Part shown: positions 8,755-16,426 of the stretch, in pieces | Layout of the letters: each line of letters starts with the position of its first letter | How positions within the stretch are numbered: position 1 is the stretch's first letter | NCBI GenBank assembly: GCA_037381445.1 | Contig: JARRQT010000124.1 | Span: forward strand, 10,493 to 32,170 | Length of the DNA: 21,678 bases | Direction of reading: 5' to 3' | Origin: Calditrichia bacterium | Lineage (GTDB): Bacteria; Calditrichota; Calditrichia; RBG-13-44-9 | Notes under the pieces: generated by a model | Database searches by the model: none | Told to the model about the DNA's origin: nothing | Seen by the model: the letters and a program-made list of their open reading frames with translations, nothing else | Made by a program: the position numbers and the translations under genes

Positions 8755-9741
8755 TCAATTTTGAATATATTGCATAAGAAAATTCTCGGCATCCTGATTT
8801 TTGTAATCCGCGATGGCTTCCAGAGCCGCTCCGCGGATATATGGATTTTCATCTGCAGCAGCATCTTTAACCAGCGGCCACAACGAAGGATTTGACAATG
8901 CCCCCACCAATTGGAGATCAGCGAATTTTACATACCAGGCCGTGCTTCCCATTAAATCCTGCAATGTTTGCAGGAAGTCCGGAGACTGCAAAATCCTGTC
9001 GGCGTTCCGGGCCGATTCGAGATAATTAAATCCCTCAGATTCTGACGATTTCAAAATGCCGGCAATATCGGTTATGCTTTTTAATGCGATATAGCGGGCA
9101 AATGGGGAATTGTTTTTCAAAATTTCATAAAGCGTATTCATTTCCGCCGGTGACCCGCTGCGGTAAAGCGCATACGCCGCTCTCCACTGGACTTCCGGAT
9201 CAGAAGTGGATTTAAGTAATTTATTCAGATTTTTAAGGCCCTGGTTGTAGGAATATCCGCGGTAGGAAATCAGTCCCCAGCTGAGCGCCGCATTTTTTTC
9301 GTCATCCGGGACCTGGCTGTTTAGCAGATTTTCCAGGACAGGAAAGGATTTTTCGGTTCCTGTTTTTCCGAGCGCTTCGATCAACCTGGATTTCACGCCT
9401 GGATTTTTTTCGGAATCGAGGGCATTTAAGAGCGGCGGTTCGGCATTTGGTGAAAAAAATTGGCCCATGGCAAATGCAGCCTCTCCCCGAACCTTCACGT
9501 CAGGATCTTTCAACTTATCTGCTACCCAGGAAATTGTGGAGGTATCCTGAATTTTTCCCAGGCTTTCCACTGCCTTCTCCCGGATTGTCGGATTATCACT
9601 CCTTAACCAGAGGGAAAACCTGGCCGAAACCGAATTGCGCTGATACTCCAATTCCTTCATTTCCCGAAAGACTTCCTGGTTGGAGCGGCTGCAGGAAAAA
9701 ATGAAAGTTGAAACAAACAGAAATGAGAGCAGAATTTTCAT
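8755..9741 (-). CDS. N-terminal part (lipoprotein signal plus HEAT repeats) of the split HEAT/cyclophilin protein; possible pseudogene or assembly error
   Basis: Lipobox MKILLSFLFVSTFIFSC and multiple HEAT repeats (VRGEAAFAMGQ, VQWRAAYALYR, IRGAALEAIA). It ends mid-repeat at a TGA at 8755. GGAGG RBS upstream. Confidence 0.8.
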   Translation of the reverse strand: MKILLSFLFVSTFIFSCSRSNQEVFREMKELEYQRNSVSARFSLWLRSDNPTIREKAVESLGKIQDTSTISWVADKLKDPDVKVRGEAAFAMGQFFSPNAEPPLLNALDSEKNPGVKSRLIEALGKTGTEKSFPVLENLLNSQVPDDEKNAALSWGLISYRGYSYNQGLKNLNKLLKSTSDPEVQWRAAYALYRSGSPAEMNTLYEILKNNSPFARYIALKSITDIAGILKSSESEGFNYLESARNADRILQSPDFLQTLQDLMGSTAWYVKFADLQLVGALSNPSLWPLVKDAAADENPYIRGAALEAIADYKNQDAENFLMQYIQN

Positions 9742-9982
9742 GAAAACCTCCGGGAAAAATTAACTCAAAATTTCCAAAAAATTATACCCGGAATCAAGGG
9801 ATAGATCAGAAGAAATGGAATATTCCGGACATGGGTTTCACCTTCATAAATGAAATTCTTTTGCAGTTGATGAGTATTGATAATTTCATTTAATTTTCAA
9901 AGGATTATGAATCATCCTCTTTTCTTCTTAACTTGGCGGGTTAAATTTTTCTGTATCACGTATTTAATTTTAAGGGGAAAAA

Positions 9983-10999
9983 ATGAAACGATTTTTCGCT
10001 GTGCTGGTTCTCATATCGGCATTTATAATGGCATGCGGGACGAGCAATGAGTCGGCTAAATTGGAAAAAGGAACGCCGGCCTACGATCTGGCGAAGGCGG
10101 TTTCCGAGAAGGTTCCGTATATGAATCCTGATAAAAATAATGTGTTGGTCAAGACTAATAATTTCGCCGTCACCACCGCTGAGGTTTTCCACACAATTCA
10201 ATCCAATTACGGAAACAGGGCCTCCCAGCTGCAGAATCTGGATTCGGCAAGGATTGCAGGCATTATTGAAGGCAATGCCCGTCAGATAGCAGAGAAAAAA
10301 TTGCTTTTATCTGCTGTTCAAAAATCAAACATGACCGCCAGTTCGGCAGAAATTGACAGTGTTATGAATTTGCAATACATGCGCGCCGGTGGCAAAACTG
10401 CTTTCTTAAAGATGATAGAGAGCAACGGCGTGGATACAAACTATATCAAAACCCAGATCAGCGAAGGTGTCACCATTCAAAAATTTCTGGATAATAAGCT
10501 GGGAGAGGAAACAAAGGTTACTGAAGATGATATCCAGAAGGCCTATAATGAAGACAAAACCGCAACCGTGCGTCATATTCTGCTGAGCACCCAGGGAAAA
10601 AGCGATTCCGCCAAACAGGAAATCCGCAAAAACATGGAAGATATTCTGGCCCGCGCCAGGAAGGGCGAGGATTTTGCCAAGTTGGCCAAAGAATACTCCG
10701 AAGATCCCGGTTCAAAGGACAAGGGCGGATTATATGAAAATTTTGGCCGCGGCCAAATGGTAAAGCCTTTTGAAGATGCCGCATTTTCGGTGCCCGTGGG
10801 ACAGATCAGTGACATTATTGAAACCCAGTATGGTTTTCACATTTTAAAGGTCATCGACAGGAAGAAGGAAAGCAAGCCGCTGGAAGAAGTAAGGGCGCAG
10901 CTGGAAGAAAAAATCAAGCGCACCAAACAGCAGGAGGCTTATCAAACCTATATGGATGGTCTAAAGGATAAAGTTGGTTTCAAAGAAATCGAATTCTAA
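9983..10999 (+). CDS. Parvulin-type PPIase / PrsA-SurA-like foldase lipoprotein
   Basis: Lipobox ..AFIMAC, a SurA-N-like helical region, VRHILL, GEDFAKLAKEYSEDPGSKDKGG and MVKPFEDAAF...SDIIETQYGFHILKV. Confidence 0.92.
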   Translation: MKRFFAVLVLISAFIMACGTSNESAKLEKGTPAYDLAKAVSEKVPYMNPDKNNVLVKTNNFAVTTAEVFHTIQSNYGNRASQLQNLDSARIAGIIEGNARQIAEKKLLLSAVQKSNMTASSAEIDSVMNLQYMRAGGKTAFLKMIESNGVDTNYIKTQISEGVTIQKFLDNKLGEETKVTEDDIQKAYNEDKTATVRHILLSTQGKSDSAKQEIRKNMEDILARARKGEDFAKLAKEYSEDPGSKDKGGLYENFGRGQMVKPFEDAAFSVPVGQISDIIETQYGFHILKVIDRKKESKPLEEVRAQLEEKIKRTKQQEAYQTYMDGLKDKVGFKEIEF

Positions 11000-11106
11000 T
11001 TCATAGAAAATAATATTTCCCAAAAGCAATTCTTTTGGAAGAGAGATAGAAAAGAAGTAAATCCGTCCGGAACTGCTGCGGTTAACCGGCAGAACATGAA
11101 GCTGAT

Positions 11107-11547
11107 TCAGCTCTCGGGATTGTAGATTACAACGCTTTCCTGCTCATTGGGATCGTTGCGAGCTACAATGGCCCGGGCGGCCCGGGTTTTGCTAAGATTT
11201 ACCGGCTGATGCGGTACATTTGCCGGAATAAAAAGGAAATCACCGGCAATGTTCTTCTGACTTTTCCGAAGTCCTTCTCCGTAGCGCGTTTCAACCTCCC
11301 CCTCAATTATATAAATGGCAGTTTCGTAGCCCAGGTGAAAATGCGGTTCCGCCGTGCCGCCTGGCGGAATAATCACCATGTTCATGGAAATGGCGCTGGC
11401 ACCTGCCGTTGCTTCGGAAATCCCGACGAAATATGGTAATTTTTGTCGCGTCATGGTGGTGGATGGCGGTCGAACAGTAACGATGTTCTCATCGGAAATT
11501 TTTTTGTTATCCGTCCCTGTTCTGTGTTCATGCTGTTTTGCAGTCAT
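11107..11547 (-). CDS. RmlC-like cupin domain protein
   Basis: Metal-binding motifs PHFHLGYETAIY and GDFLFIPANVPHQP. AGGAG RBS upstream. Confidence 0.88.
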   Translation of the reverse strand: MTAKQHEHRTGTDNKKISDENIVTVRPPSTTMTRQKLPYFVGISEATAGASAISMNMVIIPPGGTAEPHFHLGYETAIYIIEGEVETRYGEGLRKSQKNIAGDFLFIPANVPHQPVNLSKTRAARAIVARNDPNEQESVVIYNPES

Positions 11548-11663
11548 GATTCGGTCTCCTGCTCAAGTTATGAAATTATCCCGCAATTATATGGTTTGAT
11601 AAAATCGTCAGACATCACCTTTTATAAACGATTTATAGTCTTGCATGACAAATGGATGGCTTT

Positions 11664-11679
11664 TGTTCCGCGTGGAACG
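11664..11679. promoter_or_regulatory. parS-like palindrome
   Basis: TGTTCCGCGTGGAACG matches TGTTCCACGTGGAACA at 14 of 16 positions and is intergenic. Confidence 0.5.
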
Positions 11680-11719
11680 CATGGGATAGATCAGAGGAAT
11701 GTAATATTGAAGGGGGGGA

Positions 11720-11759
11720 TAAAAAACATCGGCATTCTCCCGTGGAAAGGAAAATGCCG
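11720..11759 (-). terminator. Probable terminator after the DEAD-box helicase
   Basis: CGGCATT(CTCC)...(GGAA)AATGCCG stem at 11730-11759, followed on the minus strand by ATGTTTTTT. Confidence 0.55.
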
Positions 11760-11776
11760 GCATAAAACAAACGGTT

Positions 11777-13351
11777 TTAGCTGCGGGCGACTTCCACCAA
11801 AAGTCGGTTTCCGCGCTTTCTTTTTTTGAACATTTTTATGATATGGTTGACTTCTTTGGTTGGCACATTGAAATAGGAATATTTGTCAAGCACCCTGGCA
11901 TTTCTAATTTTTCTATCCCTGACATTGGCCTCTTTCTTAATCAGCCCCACTAATTTTTTAGGCGTCAGTCCGTCCATTCTTCCCAGGGCGATAAACAGAC
12001 GTGTCTCACCCCCAAAATCAGAAGAGATCTCGGGGATTTCCTTGTATGCGCCCTCGTGCAGTTCATCCTGAAATGAGAATTTTAACAGTGCTGCCAGCAT
12101 CTTTTCAGGATCGCTGTTGTTCAGGAGATTTCTGGCCATTTCAAGATATTCGGAGTAGCTCTGTTCGGTAAGGATTTTATCGAGTTCCTGGCTGATTCGC
12201 AATTTCTTCGAATTGATGACATCCCTCACACCGGGCAGTTTTTCCTTTCGGATGTCCGTCTTTGTTATTTTCCTGATAAAATGGAGCCTCCGGTTTTCGG
12301 CGGGAGTAACAAAAGTAATAGCGGTCCCTTCCTTGCCTGCTCTGCCGGTCCGGCCGATTCGGTGAACATAGGATTCCGGATCCTGGGGCAGGGCATAATT
12401 GATAACATGCGTAAGGTTGTTAATATCGATGCCCCGCGCTGCGACATCGGTGGCGACCAGAATTTTTATGCGGCCGTTCCTGAATTTTAACAGGATTTTT
12501 TCCCTCTGCACTTGAGACAAATCTCCGTGAAGAGCATCGGCATTATAGCCGCGGTCCATCAGTTTTTTTGACACTTCATCCACATCCAGCTTGGTCCGGC
12601 AGAACACCAGGCCATAAAAATCCGCGGCAATGTCAATAATGCGGCACAGGGCATCCAATTTGTTTGATTCGGTCACTTCAAAATAAATCTGGTCGGTCAG
12701 GGGGACTGTCAGATTTTCATTCTCAACGGTCACCAGTTTATATTTTCCCATATATTTTTTGGCGATGCGAATAATATCTTTCGGCATGGTTGCGGAAAAT
12801 AGCAGCATCCTTTTATTGGAATTCGTGTTGCGCAGAATTTCCTCTATGTCTTCAATAAAACCCATATTCAGCATTTCGTCGGCCTCGTCCAGAATCAGGT
12901 ATGAAATCTGATTGAGAACCAGGCTGCCGCGCCGAAGATGATCCAGTATGCGGCCGGGGGTACCAACCACAATATCAATCCCCTTCTGTAATTTCTTAAG
13001 CTGCTGCTCTATGGACTGACCGCCATATACGGGCAGCACTTTGAGTTTCTTGTTGCCTTTCAGACTATTTATTTCTTCCGAAACCTGAACCGCCAGCTCG
13101 CGGGTGGGCGTCAGAATGAGTGCCTGAACATTTTTGTTTTTTTCCGATAAATTTTCGAGTATGGGAATACCGAATGCGGCCGTTTTGCCGGTTCCGGTTT
13201 GAGCCTGTGCCACGACATCCTGTTGGGAGTTCAAGAGAAGCGGAATGGTCTTTTCCTGAATGGGAGTGGGCTCGTTAAAGCCCTTTTTTTCCAGTGCCTT
13301 CAGCATCTCCTGTGACAGCCCCAGCAAGGCAAATTTTTCCAGATTTTTCAT
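11777..13351 (-). CDS. deaD: DEAD-box RNA helicase (DeaD/CsdA/CshA-like) with C-terminal DbpA-type RNA-binding domain
   Basis: Q motif GF..PTPIQ, AQTGTGKT, PTRELA, TPGR, DEAD, SAT, HGD, ARGID and HRIGRTGR. C-terminal RLFIALGRMDG. Confidence 0.9.
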   Translation of the reverse strand: MKNLEKFALLGLSQEMLKALEKKGFNEPTPIQEKTIPLLLNSQQDVVAQAQTGTGKTAAFGIPILENLSEKNKNVQALILTPTRELAVQVSEEINSLKGNKKLKVLPVYGGQSIEQQLKKLQKGIDIVVGTPGRILDHLRRGSLVLNQISYLILDEADEMLNMGFIEDIEEILRNTNSNKRMLLFSATMPKDIIRIAKKYMGKYKLVTVENENLTVPLTDQIYFEVTESNKLDALCRIIDIAADFYGLVFCRTKLDVDEVSKKLMDRGYNADALHGDLSQVQREKILLKFRNGRIKILVATDVAARGIDINNLTHVINYALPQDPESYVHRIGRTGRAGKEGTAITFVTPAENRRLHFIRKITKTDIRKEKLPGVRDVINSKKLRISQELDKILTEQSYSEYLEMARNLLNNSDPEKMLAALLKFSFQDELHEGAYKEIPEISSDFGGETRLFIALGRMDGLTPKKLVGLIKKEANVRDRKIRNARVLDKYSYFNVPTKEVNHIIKMFKKRKRGNRLLVEVARS

Positions 13352-13412
13352 AGAACCAATTCTTTCTATCGTATTAATGATTATTTGCGGTTAATTTTTT
13401 TATACATCCAAG

Positions 13413-13441
13413 TAAGTTACACATTTGTTCATAAGTTACAC
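13413..13441. repeat. 10-bp direct repeat TAAGTTACAC x2 in a divergent promoter region
   Basis: Exact copies at 13413-13422 and 13432-13441. Confidence 0.6.
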
Positions 13442-13652
13442 CATACTATTTAAATATTTTTAAGTTGCCTGTTTATTCAAAAAAATCAGATGAGGTTCGC
13501 ATTAATCGGCAAAAATTTTATGTCGAATGTGCGAAAGAAATTGTGAATCAATAGAGAATTTTATTTATATGGATTTGCTGAATTAATGTTTCTGCCCGCC
13601 CGGACGACAATAAAATCGAGAGATAGTAAATTTTAGGAGGACTGCTAAAAAG

Positions 13653-14165
13653 ATGGTTGTGTTATCTTATTGCGGGTTCCGGCCGCTGCAAAAATGGTAT
13701 GTGTCTTTTTTTCTGATCCCAATAGGCTTGTACCTTATTTTCCACCGGGGACATTACCTGTTTATTGACAACGCCGATTTGATTATTCATGAAGCGGGTC
13801 ATTTTTTCTTCGGATTTTTGGGTACGTTTATCCACTTCCTGGGCGGCACCCTGATGCAAATTGTCTTTCCTCTTTTTATTGCTTTTTTCTTTCTGAGCAA
13901 GGGGTATCGTACCGGTGTCCAGTTCTTCATTTTCTGGCTGGGCCAAAATCTCATCAATATCAGCGTGTATGCCGCTGATGCGCCGGTGCGCCGTCTGCAC
14001 CTGCTGGGCGGCGGAAAACATGACTGGTATTACATGCTTTCCCGCCTGGGAATTCTGGATCATGCGGAGCTGGTCGGCTACATTTTTTTCAGCGCCGCAA
14101 TTGCCGTTTTTATCATTGGGGTAATATTTCCCCTGTTCATGGAAAACTATGATTATGAGAGTTGA
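13653..14165 (+). CDS. Conserved hypothetical membrane protein with HExxH (M50-like)
   Basis: LIIHEAGH, FLGGT and GGGKHDWYY plus several TM segments. AGGAGG RBS at 13635-13640. Confidence 0.75.
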   Translation: MVVLSYCGFRPLQKWYVSFFLIPIGLYLIFHRGHYLFIDNADLIIHEAGHFFFGFLGTFIHFLGGTLMQIVFPLFIAFFFLSKGYRTGVQFFIFWLGQNLINISVYAADAPVRRLHLLGGGKHDWYYMLSRLGILDHAELVGYIFFSAAIAVFIIGVIFPLFMENYDYES

Positions 14166-14275
14166 GCGTTTTGAATTTCGGATGTGAACCTGCTCTTCTT
14201 ATACCCTGCCTTTCCCATAAAAAACTTTGAATAAAGCCTGAAAAATTTTAGATTACGTCCAAAAAAGGAATCAAA

Positions 14276-15160
14276 ATGCTTTCACTCCGGGGAATTTTTC
14301 CGCCCATTGTAACGCCTTTCGAGGATGATGAAGTATCCTTCAACCATTTGTCGGATAACATTAAGAAGTGGAACGAATTTGATTTGAGCGGTTATGTGGT
14401 GCTGGGTTCAAATGGCGAAAATGTCATGCTTTCCGAAACCGAAAGTCTGCAGGTGATAGAAACGGCTGTAAAATATGTGCCAGAAGGCAGGCTTGTTATC
14501 GCAGGCGCGGGACAGGAATCCACACGCCATACAATTGACTTTATAAAAAAAGCCGGCTTAACGGGAGCAAGCGCCGCGCTGGTCATCGCGCCCCATTACT
14601 ATAAAAGTCAGATGAAACTGCCGGTATTGGAATCCTATTTCAGAGAAATCGCCGATGATTCTCCGATTCCGGTTATTATCTATAATGTTCCCAAATTTAC
14701 CGGTCTGGAGATGAGTGTCGATCTGATTGCGGCGCTCGGGGAACATCCCAATATTCTGGGAATGAAAGACAGCTCGGGAAATATCACCTATCAGCAATCC
14801 ATCCTTGGCCTGGGATTGAAGAATTTTCAACTGCTAACGGGAAGCGCCAATACCCTGATGCCCAGTCTGTTGATGGGCGCGGTGGGCGGAATCCTGGCTT
14901 TTGCCAATATTGCCCCCGGCCTGTGTCTGAAATTGTACCGGCTGGTTAATACCGGAAAACTGGAGGAAGCACGGAAAATCCAAATAAAGATAGTGAAACT
15001 GAACCAGCTTACCACCGGCATTTACGGAATCGGCGGGCTGAAATTTGCACTGGACAGAATCGGATTTTATGGCGGAAAACCGCGAGCTCCCCTTCCGTTG
15101 CCGAATGAAAAAGGAAGGAATGAAATCCTTGACGAATTAAAGAGGCTGAACCTGCTTTAA
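14276..15160 (+). CDS. Dihydrodipicolinate synthase family aldolase, 4-hydroxy-2-oxoglutarate aldolase-like
   Basis: GIFPPIVTPF, GSNGE (rather than GTTGE), YNVP and the Schiff-base Lys in GMKDSSG. Confidence 0.85.
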   Translation: MLSLRGIFPPIVTPFEDDEVSFNHLSDNIKKWNEFDLSGYVVLGSNGENVMLSETESLQVIETAVKYVPEGRLVIAGAGQESTRHTIDFIKKAGLTGASAALVIAPHYYKSQMKLPVLESYFREIADDSPIPVIIYNVPKFTGLEMSVDLIAALGEHPNILGMKDSSGNITYQQSILGLGLKNFQLLTGSANTLMPSLLMGAVGGILAFANIAPGLCLKLYRLVNTGKLEEARKIQIKIVKLNQLTTGIYGIGGLKFALDRIGFYGGKPRAPLPLPNEKGRNEILDELKRLNLL

Positions 15161-15269
15161 ATAATAAATCCGGCGCTGGTGCGATATCCGTTCATTCTAC
15201 AGAATTTGGCAATTTCATTTTTTCAGAAGAAAACCTGCACAAACGAATTGTTCATTTTAAAATATAGCA

Positions 15270-15291
15270 GCAGCCGGACCAAGCCGGCTGT
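15270..15291. terminator. GC-rich hairpin between convergent genes (possible terminator)
   Basis: CAGCCGG-ACCAAG-CCGGCTG, with no strong U tract on either side. Confidence 0.4.
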
Positions 15292-15344
15292 GCGATTTAA
15301 GGTATCATCGATTGATCGGTCCGACCCGATTGGTGGAGCGGATA

Positions 15345-16256
15345 TCAATCGCGATCATGCTTGTTTTCCTTCCTGCGTTCATGTCTTTCCCGGCCATGAT
15401 GTTCTTCCGATTCATGATGGCGCTTGCCCTCCTGAATCTCCCTTTGCCGCCGTCTTTCTTCCATTCGCTGCCGATTGGGATGCAGAACTTCATGATCCAG
15501 CTTCCTTTGATGTTTGAGTATCCGCCTGTGTTCTTCGGGAGGATACTCATTCCTGCGCAGTTCGCCCAACGGCGTTCTGTAAATTCTTCTGTGCAAGGGA
15601 ACAGGTTCGATCCGTCTTCCTTCAAATCTTTCCACCCGGCCAATTTCCGGCGCGCGGCGATAGATCGGAAATCGCTCATGTTCCCTTTCTTCAAACCTTC
15701 TGGAAACATGGTATCTTCCCACATTCTCGCGGGTGAAATTTTGAATATTAACAATAATCCAGAAATTGATCCCCGACCCGGGTTCCCAGGGTTCACCAAC
15801 CTCCACTCCCGGCGGCGTCATGGGGGCCCAGCAGATATTATCATCAAATTCCAGCCAGTGCACCCGCGCGGGAGACCAGAGATTGCCGGGAATCCATAGC
15901 CAGCCGTAATCTGGACTGAAGACCCAGTCGCCGTAATGATAAACAATCCAGCCGAAGTTCTCATAGGATACCCAGTCCCAGCCTTCATCAGTATAGGCCC
16001 ATCGTCCGTAGTAAAATGGCCGCCAATCAGGGCCGACATCAGGGTGCCAGACCTCCCCGTACGGTTCGACCTGTTCCCATATCCCATACATATCGAGAGA
16101 CTCCAGATTATAATTTCCTTCTTCCGAAGGCTGAACCGCAACTTCTGCCTGTGATGTGTAAAAACCGCAGCTTGTTAAACCCGAAGATAAAAGCAAAGTC
16201 CCCATTATTATTAATGGAGTCCGCAAATTTTTCAACGACGCAACAAATCTGTCCAT
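15345..16256 (-). CDS. DUF6600-like Trp/Gly-rich lipoprotein with charged C-terminal tail
   Basis: Lipobox LTSC and YGEVWHP..WRPFYYGRW..GWDWVSYENFGWIVYHYGDW..YGWLWIPG..WSPARVHW. The tail is R/E/H-rich. The ATG at 16256 (GGGGAG upstream) is preferred over 16271. Confidence 0.8.
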   Translation of the reverse strand: MDRFVASLKNLRTPLIIMGTLLLSSGLTSCGFYTSQAEVAVQPSEEGNYNLESLDMYGIWEQVEPYGEVWHPDVGPDWRPFYYGRWAYTDEGWDWVSYENFGWIVYHYGDWVFSPDYGWLWIPGNLWSPARVHWLEFDDNICWAPMTPPGVEVGEPWEPGSGINFWIIVNIQNFTRENVGRYHVSRRFEEREHERFPIYRRAPEIGRVERFEGRRIEPVPLHRRIYRTPLGELRRNEYPPEEHRRILKHQRKLDHEVLHPNRQRMEERRRQREIQEGKRHHESEEHHGRERHERRKENKHDRD

Positions 16257-16325
16257 ACCTCTTCTCCCCATAAATTCAGCTAAACAATTGATTTTGAACT
16301 TCAGCGAAAAACAATTTTTGCTTCC

Positions 16326-16374
16326 GGCACATAAAAGCCCGTGCCATTATATTTAGCACAAATTGTATTGGGAA
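16326..16374 (-). promoter_or_regulatory. Sigma70-type promoter with adjacent inverted repeat / sigma54-like -24 box
   Basis: Minus strand: TTCCCA (16374-16369), 17 nt, TATAAT (16351-16346). GGCAC-N10-GTGCC (16326-16345) follows directly and also reads TGGCACG-GGCT-TTTAT. Confidence 0.5.
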
Positions 16375-16426
16375 AAGTCGGCTATTGAGGGATTATCTGC
16401 AGATGCGCAGCAGAACCCGTGGGAAG

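Noticed and set aside
14276..15160. Calling this gene dapA because dapD is in the window
   Set aside because: The motifs (GIFPP, GSNGE) fit HOGA-type aldolases, and it is not linked to dapB or dapD.
15179..15899. Overlapping ORFs of 112-195 aa around the DUF6600-like tail
   Set aside because: Shadow frames of a low-complexity purine-rich coding region, with no motifs.
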